DNA of 59,949 bases, the filler included, from Ionaspis alba (taxonomy: Eukaryota): the NCBI GenBank assembly GCA_964255285.1. It is 2 parts of 2 records of this genome, joined end to end, with 100 filler letters (N's around TTAATTAATTAA, not from the genome) between each part and the next. Parts side by side here need not be neighbours in the genome. Positions count along the whole stretch, not along the records: positions 1 to 30,055 come from CAXUUL010000118.1; 1 more part is not named here. The stretch is one strand, 5' to 3'. The position numbers and the translations under genes are program-made. This document shows, piece by piece, positions 1 to 12,275 of the stretch. Every line of letters begins with the position of its first letter. The stretch's first letter is position 1. The notes under the pieces were generated by a model. That model did no database searches and was not told the DNA's origin. It worked only from the letters and a program-made list of their open reading frames with translations.

Positions 1-491
1 CCGGGTGGGTGGCGAGCGACATGGGAAGACAAGTCGGGAGTCGGCCACCAAAGAGCCCTGGTATGTGTGGTCATGCACTTGGGCGGACCTGCGTGAACTA
101 ATACATTACTGTAGTTGAGGGTGCTACGATTCCGTTGAGGCTAGGTTTTGGAGATATTGGAGGTGTGACGGGGAAGTATTGGGCGAATCCTTCCATCAGA
201 AGTCGGGAGAACGGACAGGTAATGGAGAGGTGAAGGTAGGGATGCGGTGCTTGGACTGGCTCACCGGCACCGTGTTTGGCTTGGTACAAATGGAGTTCGT
301 CTCAAAATCCAAATTATGTAAAACTATCCCTGGACTCGATCCGTATCATATGTCCCCAAGGAGGGAACGATCTCTTCACGGAATTATCTTGCATACAAAA
401 TGGGTATAAACTGACTCTAAATCATCATGGGAAATTCCCTCCAAGAAGCATACAAAGCATAACGTCGTGTTCTTGCAAATCGCCGAGCACG

Positions 492-1977
492 TCAAACAGA
501 AGAGATGGGCGAGACATCACCCGCGCGTTTTCGGGAGAAATCAGGATCCTGGAAATCTTCATCGTGGCTGTAGAACACTCCGCTATGGCATGCCTTCGTG
601 ACAATGCCTTTGGCCGGTCGTCGATTTTCCTCTGGTGGCACAGCATCCACGACAGGCGATAGGGACTTCTCGTGTATCAATAAGTCCATTTCCTTGCTTC
701 GCGTCGTATGCCACTTCTCTGTCGCAGGTTCGTGTGGTAGGAAAGTCGCCGCCTCCTTGTTGCTAGCATTGCTTTTGTTGCCGGATGACGAACTCTTGTA
801 GAACGCGAAGCGAGAACTGCCACTCGTGCTAGGCTTAGAAGTGGAGCGATTGCTATTGCTGAACCATGATTTGAAGTTTGAGGAGAGTCGCTCGTAGGGA
901 AGGACGCCGTTGAGCCAAAGGAAAAGGGGCCGGTATGTTGGTAGGCAGGCGCAAATAATAGCGAAGGCTGGTTCAATTATTGTGTAAAGGAAGGGCATGA
1001 GGATCGTGGCTGAAAGAAGTGGTCAGTGAGGGTTGAAGGTGGCTGTGACGGAACAGACCTGAGATCTCCCTGCTGGCAAGCTTCTTCACGGAGGCAATCC
1101 TGCCGACGCTGGCGACAATGACACTGTAGTGATCAGCATTTACCCCATCTGGCGCAGGGGGCCTTGGTACACACATAATGCCAATCAACATGATGATCGT
1201 CAGAAGTACCCTTTGCCTCACTGCCAATTGCAGTTTCCAGATCATGCGCACCGGCATGATATTGATGATAACATCGAGAACCATATTCGATATTGTAAAA
1301 CTGTAATACATTGCCCGCAAGTCGATACAGCTGCCGTCAATACTCTTGTTCCAGGCATACGAGACAGGATGGCATTGTAGTATGGATACCAGGACGACGA
1401 CGAAGAACCATAGCAAGCAGAAACCGCCCACAATATAAATCGCGTAGCGGAAAGATAGGATGTTGTTAAATATGCGGCGATAGAACAGAAGGATCGAGAT
1501 TTTGGCCATGGTTATTGCCAAGGCATACAACATCGTGGAGGCAAATAGAACCTATAGACCTTTGAGCTTACACTTTGTTTGGTACATATGACGCTCGTAC
1601 TTTATAAAAGACCTCTGATTGCGAAGGGGTGAGGTATTGTGCTGGTAAACCCATGCCTCCCTGCTGAACCACTACTCCGAAATCAGAACATGCTGAGAAA
1701 CTCCTCCATATCGCTTGTACGTACTGATCACTCCGGTGATGACCAAACACCAAAGTGGTATCAAGCTCAGACCTATCCACCAGTCATCAGCTCCATGCGC
1801 CAGCTTCGTTCTCCACCGTGCCAAAAATCTTAAAGCCACAGCAACTGTAGTCACTGCCACAAGAGCAGAGCTCGCGTGAATGCAGAATTGGCCTTCTTCT
1901 ATCGCGCCCTCGTACATCATGGCAAGTGATTGAGGATCCGAGGCCCCGGATCGGCCTATTGAAGACTCCATGATCAT
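492..1977 (-). CDS. PTH11-like/rhodopsin-domain integral membrane protein without CFEM domain, multi-exon
   Basis: Family motifs are spread over ORFs 1672..1998, 973..1533 and 492..998: 'VALRFLAR...ADDW', 'KISILLFYRRIF', 'QCHPVSYAWNKSIDGSC', 'DVIINIMP..IWKLQL', 'IEPAFAIICACLPTYRPLF'. The segments are separated by GT-AG introns. The start ATG (1977 or 1971) is uncertain. Confidence 0.88.
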
Positions 1978-2097
1978 AGGGCTGAGCAAAGGAAGCAAAT
2001 CAGGCGCTGCAGATATTCTCCAGCAGTTTTTGAGACATATAAAAATAAGGTAATGTATCGGAGATGTGAGGGGGACTTATATCTCATATGTCTGGAT

Positions 2098-2307
2098 GGG
2101 GTTGATAGCCGCACTGTTGGTAATAAGCAAGGCACAATTCAAATCCCGTGCCNNNNNNNNNNNNNNNNNNNNNNNNNNNNNNNNNNNNNNNNNNNNNNNN
2201 NNNNNNNNNNNNNNNNNNNNNNNNNNNNNNNNNNNNNNNNNNNNNNNNNNNNGGGGTTGATAGCCGCACTGTTGGTAATAAGCAAGGCACAATTCAAATC
2301 CCGTGCC
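2098..2307. other. 100-N assembly gap with a 55-bp duplicated flank
   Basis: 2098..2152 is repeated exactly at 2253..2307. The same pattern occurs at the gaps starting 40137, 42631 and 53036. Confidence 0.92.
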
Positions 2308-4224
2308 ACATGAGACGAAGATTACTGAGCCACACATAACGAGAAAGCACCTTTCGACTGCAAAGCAGGAGCTATGCATTGACATGCGCTGCAACGATAA
2401 CGTGGGTTGTGCCCACCGCCGGGCATGCTCATGCAAAGACCCGCACACACCCCGAATCAGCATTCGGATTGCAAGCAGTGGGCAGTAAACATGGCTCAAG
2501 AACTGTAGCATGCTTGTTGAGGCAACGAAATAACAGTGTTCTGTACCGCGTAGCCGTTGTGGAACTGGCCAGCTAATCATGGCGACCATGAAGAGGCCCA
2601 CAAGACGTCGTCCGTCTGCTCCTGGAGGAAAACAAGCTTCAACGTGGAAGAAGGGGTTGGAGTAGGGATTGTACTCGCTTCAGACTACACGAAACCTGAA
2701 CCGTGCGAGCAGATCTGGAGGTTAATCCCGCCTCTTGGCTGCACGTGCGTTCGCCTTTGAAGAGGAATCAACTTCCCTTTCTTTTCTTTTGCTATGCCAC
2801 CTCTCTGACAATCATTGCAGATTATGTCGCAGTCGACATCCATGCAGTGGTTGGAGCGTCTAGATCTTGACTGCCTCGTGGTGTTGTCCATGTTCTTGAG
2901 CACAGTCCGAGATGCGGCACAGTCCCAAGGCCACCCCTGCAATGTAACAATAGCTCGGAGGGATCTTCGTCGTTAAAGCCTGACAGCCTGCACACTCTTT
3001 AAGTCTTTGGATGCAGTATGGTAGTGCTTCTGCTGCTGACTTGAATAGTGAGATGAGATCCTGGCGTACTCGATTTGTGCTTGCGTCTGTTATCCGTGGG
3101 GTTGTTCATCTGATCATGTCTGCTCTAGGACTGGACTTGGACGCAGTGTATCACTATACCTGGAATACCACACAAGCCTCCAATTGTGACGATAGCGTTG
3201 AGCTCTAGCCCACTCGCTCTTGCTCTCGAAGTGGAAGGTCATGTATATCTCCAGCTTCTCGCGAACAGGTTACGGCCGTATCTCCTCCACTTGGTTGTTT
3301 CAGCGTTATACTCCTTCACTGCGTGGATCTATCATGAATATCATCCTTATACGATGTGCACTGAGGGTGGTATCGTAGGGAATAAGTTCTTCAGAATGGA
3401 AAGGAGATGCATGGAATGGATAGGCATCCGCTGGAGTGCCGACCGATCATGAATTCTGCTGGTGTAATCCATGCAGATGATAGTTTGCCTGCTGAGACCA
3501 GTGTTGTATTCTTCGGGATAAACCTATGATACCAGAAGGCTGAAAGGTCTTGTAAGTGGCCTTTAGGAGAACACATCAAGTTGTTTATCCGCATGCAAAA
3601 GCGCTGTTTTAGCTTATGGAGTCAAGTTCAATTTGCACGATGAATTCTTTGTTCGGGTTAAGCGCGAAGATAATTTGCACCTCACTTTGGTGTGATCACG
3701 GCTCTCTCTCCCATAGCCCTATGTGACATCAAGAACGAGAAACCATCTTTTACGGGTGTGAGAGTTGTTTGACTTTGAGCTTTATTTCTTGTTGCAGCCA
3801 AAAGATGGTGCGTGGCAGTAGGACGTAGCCAGACTTTCAATCTCACAGCATATGATATTGTCAAGTTATTTGTTCCTCCAGATCATACAAGAAAATCATG
3901 CAGTCATTCCCGATTCCTTTGCGATATAAATGCCAATCAGTTGACCTCTGCGAAACGAAGCAGACGCTTCTCGTTGTCGAAGACGCGGCTGGAGGTGAGT
4001 ATAGGATCGTACTAATACCTAGAGCTTACTGTATTCTCTTGAAAGCAATCATAGGCCAGGTCAACCTTGGGGAGCCTGACCTCGAGAGATCTGTGGCATT
4101 GCTTTGGGATATTTGTGACCCCACTTTGATGTTCAGACTGCAGAAACTGACAAGACACAAAAGGCGAAAGAAGACGAACAGTGGCTCAAGCTGTGTTTTC
4201 TATCGTGCCTGTCGGCCTCTAAGG

Positions 4225-4611
4225 ATGGTCAGACTAGCTTCTTCAGCTCACAGTATGATACTAAAGTCGAAGACGAGCCTGTTGACATCGGACTTTCGTG
4301 TCTCGAAGACGAAGTTCATTCCTCGATCAACCTTGGTACGACGAGTCTCAAAATTCCTTACTGAGACCACCTCCCGAGCTCCTTCCACGAATGAAGGGCA
4401 ACCAACTTGCTACATGCTTCAACCATATCGATGGAACGAAAAGCACGACGACCTACTTCGCATCGCCTTCCGGCCAGGACAGGTCGACGAGGTATTGAGA
4501 TATCTTGAACTTCATCACTTGCTAGCATGTTCTAAGGAGTGGATCATCTACCGCATCGCACAGCTTGGGCTCCAGCTGAACGATAACGTTATTGAAGAGG
4601 AACAACTCTAG
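4225..4611 (+). CDS. Hypothetical small protein with a possible Myb/HTH-like C-terminus
   Basis: 3' part of ORF 3898..4611. The segment 'RWNEKHDDLLR...WIIYRIAQLGL' looks protein-like, but no family is firmly recognised. Confidence 0.35.
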   Translation: MVRLASSAHSMILKSKTSLLTSDFRVSKTKFIPRSTLVRRVSKFLTETTSRAPSTNEGQPTCYMLQPYRWNEKHDDLLRIAFRPGQVDEVLRYLELHHLLACSKEWIIYRIAQLGLQLNDNVIEEEQL

Positions 4612-5068
4612 GACATAATCGAAGGTACGACTAGAAGCTTCTGGCATTGGCACGGTTCCAACCACCACTTAGCCAACATTTGCTTATCACTTCAAGACGT
4701 TGCAAGCTTGGTCTAAGCTATTTGTTTCCACTACATTCGTTTGGCTCTGAGGTATTCGTTCTTCGCAGCGACGTAAAGAACGGTATACAAGAACACTTGG
4801 AGACGCGCTAAGTATCAGCTTGCATTCGAGCAAGTAGTTTCAGTACTAAAGCTTAAGCTTAAGCTTAGTGCAGAGAATGCCAATACAATCACATTCAGCA
4901 AGACCCAATATCTGCGAGCTGATGTATCCGTTCTGAATTTCCATCCCTCGGGCCAAGCAACCCATTCCTGCAACTCCCACAGAATCAGCCTTCTCGCCAA
5001 GATTCACAAAGAAGAACGTAGCATTCCCCACGTTCCGTGATTGCACTCTCATGCCTACGTGACCCTCT

Positions 5069-5992
5069 CTAAAAGTCCTCCACAAAAGCATCAGCCCACC
5101 GTCTCAAAACCACCAATTCAATCTCAACCTCCACCTCTGCTAGCTTCAACGTCATCTCCTGATATCCCAGCATCAACTTCCTCAGCGCTTGCTTCATTTT
5201 CTTCGATACCACATGACTTTCTCCGTTGCTCGCTCTCTTCTCCAAGGACACCTTACTCCACCCCAATCCCACGACCTTCTCCCCAACCCCACGCTTGTAC
5301 ATCGCCCCATCCTTTATCTCACCTGACGAGACTTTCAATATCTCCGACTCCACCGGCTCCTCCCCAACCAACGTCTCCTCATCCGCCCACCGCACGCGCC
5401 TTCCCCGACCCTTAGCGCTTGACGCTCCAATAGACGACCCGTCCTTCTCTGACGCACCCGAAGAGTTGCTGCTAGACGGTGGAGTCAATGAATCAGACAC
5501 CGGCTCCAGTTGTGCCCTTGACGCAGAATTGGCGGCGTGGCTGGCTGCTAACGCGGCCCGGGAGTCGGCGATGAGGGATTGAAGATAGGCGAGGATGGCG
5601 TGGAGGTAAAGGGCTTTATTTTGGAGGTCTGTGAGATCGGTGGTGAAGGGTGAGAATGAGTCGAGTGGGTGGTTGTGGCTGGAGGTGGGGCACAGGGTTG
5701 TGGTACGCGGGTTCTGGGGTAGTGTGTCGTGGTGGGTTCGTGGTAGTGAGCTTGATGGTGTGTTGGTAAGCACCGAAGACGGTGGCGGTGGAGGGAGGGC
5801 TTTGAGAGCGTGGTAGGGGATACGAAGGGCAGTAGGACGGGGTTTGGGGGCGATTTTGGTGGTGCTGGTTAAGGGAGTGATTGTGGCGGTGTTCGTGTAG
5901 TTGGTGGTCGTATGCGAAACTTCACAAGCTTTTGCTAGAGATGTGGAACGGGGCGGCCAGCGCTGTGGAGTCTGGTTGGTGGCAACAAGCAT
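5069..5992 (-). CDS. Hypothetical protein: T/P/S-rich N-terminus, coiled coil and RVxW motif
   Basis: 307-aa ORF with an amphipathic helix 'LTDLQNKALYLHAILAYLQSLIADSRAAL', the motif 'RRVRWADEE' and a helical C-terminus. Confidence 0.55.
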   Translation of the reverse strand: MLVATNQTPQRWPPRSTSLAKACEVSHTTTNYTNTATITPLTSTTKIAPKPRPTALRIPYHALKALPPPPPSSVLTNTPSSSLPRTHHDTLPQNPRTTTLCPTSSHNHPLDSFSPFTTDLTDLQNKALYLHAILAYLQSLIADSRAALAASHAANSASRAQLEPVSDSLTPPSSSNSSGASEKDGSSIGASSAKGRGRRVRWADEETLVGEEPVESEILKVSSGEIKDGAMYKRGVGEKVVGLGWSKVSLEKRASNGESHVVSKKMKQALRKLMLGYQEMTLKLAEVEVEIELVVLRRWADAFVEDF

Positions 5993-6536
5993 TGATGGTT
6001 GAAACTGATTGGGGATAAAGGCGCATTGCTACGGTGGGTTCTGATAGCGAATGTGGTAGGATAGCGATTGGGAAAATGTGGTGGTTTTGGAAGATCTTTA
6101 TATAGGCAGATTGAGGCATTCATCGTGCCGCTCCGAGATTGAGTTCGTGTGGAATGAGGGAATGAATGGAGCGGGCGAATCTGATAGGTACGTTGATGGA
6201 GAAGATGCGGAATTGGTGAAGTACGGTGTCAGTAGCGCTGGAGATCCAGCTTGAATTGAGTTGACTCGGTTTGGATGGACCATGTTTCTTGAATGTATCG
6301 ATTGATATATGCCAAGCTTTTTACCAAGTGATTTTCCTGTACCAAATGAGAGATATCATCCATCGAATCTAGCTCTGGGTATCATAATTCGCTTTGTATC
6401 GGTCCCTGTCTTCCTTGTGATAGCCTTTATAGCAGATCTCACATATAGCCTCCTCTTTATATGCATCAGATTTTCTCACGTCAACCGTGCTCCCAATCAG
6501 AAAAAACTTCCCATCAGAATCATGCATAGAAAGGTC

Positions 6537-7542
6537 TTACATAACCACACAACATGCCCGTTCCAGCTTCCTCAGTATGCGTGGGAGATACCTCTTGACC
6601 GCAGCTTCTATCTCGGCATTTTGATTGTTCTGACCTTGTCCGCCGTGATGTTGTTGCTGATGCTGATTACCATGTCCTCCTTGCCCATAGTGCTGTTGCT
6701 GTTGACCACCCGGATATTGCGGCTGGCCACCGTGGTGCTGTTGGTAGCCACCCGCGTTACCGTTATGTTGGGGCATGTTTGCAGGGCCGCCGGTCAGGTT
6801 GATGTACATACGGCCAGCGTTCTCTTCCGTGGCGTACTGGAGTCCGAGTTCCTGGCAGACTTGCTCGACACGGGGTTTTATCTTTTGGATGTGGTTGACG
6901 GAGTGGTTGCCTTTTCCTACTATGCTAGATCGTGCGAAGAAATGTCAGCTTTGTTTGATTCTACCCTAGCAGTCGCGCTTCCGTGGCCGGCTGGCAGTAT
7001 CAGAACTTACACATGAAGGTGCGTCTGTCCGTGTTGTTGGGCATATTTTATCCGGGCTTCCAGGATGTCTTCTGCTTCCTCAACAAACTGGCCATGCAGA
7101 TCTATTGTGTCGCCATCGACTCGTCCAACGGCATTGTTTTCTCGGAAGATGAAGTCGGAGGCTTGTTTGTTGTATTGATCCATCATCTGCCCATGCCTCT
7201 TGCCTTCCTCCGACAAATCATGCGCAGCAGCGCCATCCCCACGCTCGTAGGCTTGATGCGCCTAGGAGAGACTTGTTAGCCAGACATCAATGGACTATTT
7301 AGAGAAGCCAGAAGAATGAACCTTGTCGAAACAGGCAGATCTTTTGCCATTTTCCTGCCTGGCAAGATTTCTGAGCCGGTCATATTCAGCCTCCGCTGAG
7401 CTGCTTTGATCGTGATTGAATGCTAGGACAACAAGTTGAGTATGTGCAAATCTATGCAAGAACAGCGTAACTTCGCAAGGGGAATGGGTTGGAGGAAGAA
7501 TGTACCTCTTGCGCCGAGCTGCTGGTGCGCTGGATAAGACAT
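6537..7542 (-). CDS. Smr-domain (DUF1771 + Smr) putative RNA endonuclease with Q/G-rich tail and C-terminal CaaX
   Basis: Spliced product: MSYPAHQQLGAR / AFNHDQ..AEAEYDRLRNLARQE / AHQAYERGDG..IDLHGQFVEEA / IVGKGNHS..EENAGRMYI..CCVVM. DLHG and GKGNHS are Smr hallmarks. Three GT-AG introns. Confidence 0.9.
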
Positions 7543-8269
7543 TATGTATAGAAAACGATGAAAAGACCGTTGGACACCCCAATCTATACGGGCTATGAAA
7601 GCAGAGGACTTCGGCGCAATTATCCTAGGCACCGAGTGGAAGAGTCGCAAATGGATGTTGACATTGGATTTCGACGGAGCGTCGTGGCTAGCCAGGTGCC
7701 GAGATTTGCAGGGGACATGGGCGGAGGAGCTTCCTCGGGGCTCTTCCGCCAGGCGAAGGCTTAGTCGTGGGAGCAGAGGGCTTCGCTCATTTCTCAACTT
7801 CCATTTGGGCATCGAATAACCGATGGGTATCCATCGTGTGTATATAGGCAATTTGATTCATTCTCACGACGTGGGTACTGTAACAATGGCATGGTGACGT
7901 CCTCGATATGCTACAAGCTAAGCTTTGACTCTACACTGTTCCATACTTTTTCAATAACACCGAGCAAGGTCCATGCTGTTAGGGTTAACCATGTTGCCAT
8001 GCCATGATCATATCATCTTCCAGCAAAAGAGCCCGTCTGAGTACTGCGGCTCGGTAGATTTCTGTAAACGTGTCCGATCATACTACCGTGAGACCAGTCT
8101 TCCAGCCTTTAGCAGAACAGCGTTCTGCCGCACGGTCTCAATGGTGCCCTGGACTGCATTCGTCTCAAGCGCCAAGGCTAGCTGCCGCCACGGCTTCCGC
8201 ATGACATTGCAACTGCTCTCCAGCTCGTTGTCGGAGCCTCAAAGAATGTACTACGCAAGGGTATGACAG

Positions 8270-9740
8270 ATGTCTGCTACCAACAAATTATTTGGAGCGA
8301 CATCGCATGTCTCCACACAAGACTTTGGTTTACATATCTTATATCCTGATCCTTCAGCTGCACAAAGCCTCGTTGTCCAAATCCCGGAAGTCGAGTATGT
8401 GTATTTCTTGAATATCTGACTGCAAGCTGTTTTTGCGTTCTACGCCTTATGTCTATCATACCTGTCTATTAGTCCCTTCTGAATTCTACGAGTTGGTGCG
8501 TTTTGAATGCGCTTTCTTACTGTTGCGTAGCGTCGTCTTCGTCCACGGTCTTACAGGCGCTTGGGATAAGACATGGACCGGAACTTCCCAGAATGGTCAG
8601 AATGTCCTCTGGCCAAAAGAGATTCTGGGAAACAAATTCCCTGATGCTAGAATATCTTCTTTTGGATATGATGTAAATGCCGAAGATTTGCGAAAGCGGG
8701 TCTCCTCGGAGACCATCACGCAACATGCCAATAATCTACTGGTCGAGCTGGAGATATTGCGTCGAGAGACTGACTCGGTTTACAAGCTATTAGTCCATTA
8801 TAAGTCGATGTCACTGACTCCGCACCAGGAAAGCGGGAGGATCATCTTTGCTGTGCATAGCTTGGGAGGTCTTCTTGTACAGGAAGCTCTTAATTTATCA
8901 AAAACAAACTATCAAGAACATATGAGGAGTATAGAGCGAGCTACGCTCGGTGTTGTTTTCTTCGGCACGCCATTAATGGGTGCAGACCTTACTTCTTGGG
9001 CTAAAATCGGTAACGACATGGCATCTTTGATCAATCAAACAGATCGAGAGATAGTCGGGATTCTTCAACCTACTTCGGAAATGGCTGACCGAATTCGCCG
9101 AGACATCAGGAACTTGGTTGAAAATCGGAGACAACTATCTGACACGCTATACATTGCATGTTTCTATGAAGCGCTACCTGTCCATAAACTCGGAAGAGTC
9201 ATTGTCGAAAAGGAGTCCGCAACATGGTATCCACACTACAGTAAAGGAATACACGCCGATCATATGGCAATGACTAAATTTGCATCGCATCGTGATCAGG
9301 GTTACCGAGACTTTGTTGGTGAAATAGGACGATGGCTTCACGAAGCCAGTCGTCGACGTTTCTTTCGCAATTCGAGCTCGCGAGCCTCGCCAAATTCGCA
9401 TTCACTAGGCTATGGGATCAATCTAAGTGGTGATTGGAAGCCACACCCTAACCAGTATGTCAGTGATACACCAGTACAGAACCGTTCACCAGCTTCAGGA
9501 ACATCCTACCCCTATCCGCAGCCTGGTCAAAACAGCTTGGGACCCGAAGGTTTTTATGCAAATCTAATGGGTCCACAACTCAACGATCTCCTCCAGTATT
9601 ATAATGCTCATAGCCGCTTTCAGACCGAACGAATCATCGCGAATTACCTCGCCCAAACCCCCCCGCAGTCCTCACAGCAAGGTCAATTTGTCCCACCTTA
9701 TGGGCATGAATGTTTTGTGGTCGCTGGCACTATTCCGTAA
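8270..9740 (+). CDS. SesB/SERAC1-like alpha/beta hydrolase (PGAP1/DUF676-type)
   Basis: ATG 8270 (MSATNK..FGLHILYPDP), intron 8395..8530, then 'VVFVHGLTG', 'WPKEIL', 'ARISSFGYD'. Probable in-frame intron 8778..8828, then 'VHSLGG' (nucleophile elbow), 'FFGTP', 'CFYE', 'IHADHMAMTKF'. Confidence 0.85.
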
Positions 9741-11367
9741 GCAGTCCGCTCCGTTCCTCGGCACCAGGACTAAACACTAACGCTGAAACATAGTCCTTCT
9801 CTTCGTATTTTGGTACTGCCACAAACGCGGTCGCGAAGTCCGTCTCGAGAAAGAGCGTCTATTGACCGAAGCCGAGATCGCCCAGCTCGACAAAGAGGTC
9901 GCCGAAGACCCTGCGCTGCAAACCACCGCCGGGCTCACAACCACCGCCCCTGAGGGCGCCTCCATGGAGGAAGTGCCCAATCAGTCCTCTGCGGGTCTGA
10001 TGCCGCCTGACATGACGGATTTCTTCCAAAAAATTGGCACTTTCTCACCCGGAGCGAGCTTGAATCCTCCTCACCAGCCCCCGGACACTTCTTCCCCCGC
10101 ACCTTCCATACACACATCCCCTCAAAGTCCTAACATATCCCTGGGCATGGAATCTGATGAGGTCTCTGATCGACGTCGGAACCCGCGATACACCGCTCAT
10201 TTCCGAGAACAAGCAGCAAGCCACCAAGCTGTTTTGCCCGGTTCTGGGACATCAACAAGCTCGCCTCCTTCAACACGGCGACCGTTCGCTCGTGATACCC
10301 TAGAAGTCTCAAGACATGCAGATAATTTGCCAAATGCCAACATTCCTATGCCTGGTGCTATGTCATCGCGGAGGCAAAATGTGGTTTTTGAATCACTACC
10401 ACACGTCATACAAGGTATGAGCGGTCTGTCCGTTGAGCAGCAGAGCCAAGGAAGCTCTGAGCCTCAGGTACTCAATCGCTCACTTAAGAAGGTGATATTT
10501 GAGCCTTCAAAACGTTCCCATGTACAGAGAGTTGCTCAAGAGACCTATCCCTCTCTCGACTTCCTCCGAGGGCCGCACTCTTCGAAAAATTTCAGTCGCC
10601 GCTGGCGTTGCCGCACGAATCCAAGATTCCTTAAAGATTCCATTACGAAGATGAGCGCGAGCTGCAGTAATAAACTTCAGCCAGAGTTCTGGCTTTGGCT
10701 GAATGAGGCTTTCTCCGATCCAACGACAGGTCAAGCCATCCCACAACTGGACGATCAGTCATTGGCGGTTGCAAAATCTCATGCAGTCTCTCTTGAAGAA
10801 AGGAATAAGACTACCCTGTCCCGGAACAAGGCCGACGATGGAGCTTCTGCCTCAGCAGGAAGTTCTGACAATCAAAAATCGCGCGCGATCTATTCGGATT
10901 CAGATCGTAGCCGTTCGAAGCCGCAACCCAAATCCTCACCCACACGTGATCAAACGAATTATCCCCATCTTGGTTTTCTGAAAGATCCCGATTGTCAAGT
11001 CTTTTTAGAAATCATATGCATGAACTACCGGAGAGGTCATAGCGTTCGTTTGGGATTACGCACCATCTTGGACGAAGCCGGCACAATGCCTGGCTTTATT
11101 TCACTCGTAGTCAAATATAAAGAAGAGTTTCTGGACTGGCTGAATGAAATGATTAAAGATTCCCGTTCGGATGGTTGGATTCCACCTCCGAGTCATAGCA
11201 AAATGGAGATAGTCAGGAATCCGCTTGGCTTTGCTTCCTTCCGCATCTGCGCTTTGTGCGCGAAAAGCATCGAAGAATTTACGAGGTGTACCGATGTTAC
11301 AGTATCCGGACGAGATCTTGACATGGATCAACGAAGACCTCGACGAACCCCAGATCAGCATATCTGA
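9700..11367 (+). CDS. Hypothetical protein with an N-terminal TM segment (WYCHKRGRE motif) and a long low-complexity body
   Basis: Exon 9700..9736, intron 9737..9793 (GTAAGC...CTAAC...TAG), exon 9794..11367 in frame with ORF 9862..11367. Spliced start: MGMNVLWSLALFLLLFVFWYCHKRGREVRLEKER. Confidence 0.55.
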
Positions 11368-12275
11368 CCTCGCCAAGATCAGGGTATTCCTTCATCAGAT
11401 GAGATGTGCGTATGGATGAAATGCATCTGTTTCGAATCTTGGATACGAACTATCTGTACGTTGAGCGAATCTTTCCCGGGGGCTATCAAACGACGAGTCC
11501 TTCATGTAGCTAAGGCCTAATTGAGCGCTCACGCGGCCACGCCGAACCACACCATGACAACCTTCCTGCGAACCTCAATCACATCTGCGATACGGAATGT
11601 GCCTCACTGGGCAAGAACAATGGGTGAGACCTCAGATGGAGTCCTTTTTCGGTCTGAAAAGTACTCGTCGTTACCGGAGAAGAGAAACATCGATCCGTGT
11701 CCAGCGTCCTCCACTACCACACCCAGCGTTCCGGTGCGCTTCCAAAGGCTTAAATTAAGCGTCGCACAGGATTCAACTATCGAGAGGTAGATAGTAAGTT
11801 TAAGAGATTCAGATGTACCTTTGCTGCTTCGAGCTAGATGAGCACGAAGGGAGGGTGCATCAGAGCACATTACATACAGGAAGTTGCTTGGAGATAATAG
11901 ATTGGATGGGCGCGAAGGGTTGTGAGACCTGAACATTGTGGAAGAAGGGTGACGGGAGTAGAAGCAGAAGGTCGACGTATTGACGTGATACAAAGGTGTG
12001 GACGAGGCATGATGGATTGATTGTACATGGATTGGAAGATTGAATGAATTGGATTAATATATGGTACGTCAACGGTGACCATAGATGCGCCTGCAAAGAC
12101 CAATCTCTGGGCCGGTAGCGTTAGATGAGTCTATACAACATTGTTGGCATAAAGTTGAGCGATGTAGACCCGGACACTATAGCGGCTTGTATCTAATGTC
12201 TAACAGTGGTGTCAAAGCAAGTGTCGACACGCTTGATTACAACAGACACCGTGTCCACTTCCCGCAAGGGAGTCT

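Noticed and set aside
4849..4866. (AAGCTT)3 perfect palindrome
   Set aside because: A short microsatellite with no supporting context.
6309..7016. 235-aa hydrophobic ORF on the + strand
   Set aside because: It is the antisense shadow of the Q-rich Smr gene.
9350..9740. Possible amyloid signalling (sigma/PP/HRAM) motif after the SesB-like domain
   Set aside because: The tail is P/Q/S-rich without a recognisable motif, and no NLR gene is adjacent.
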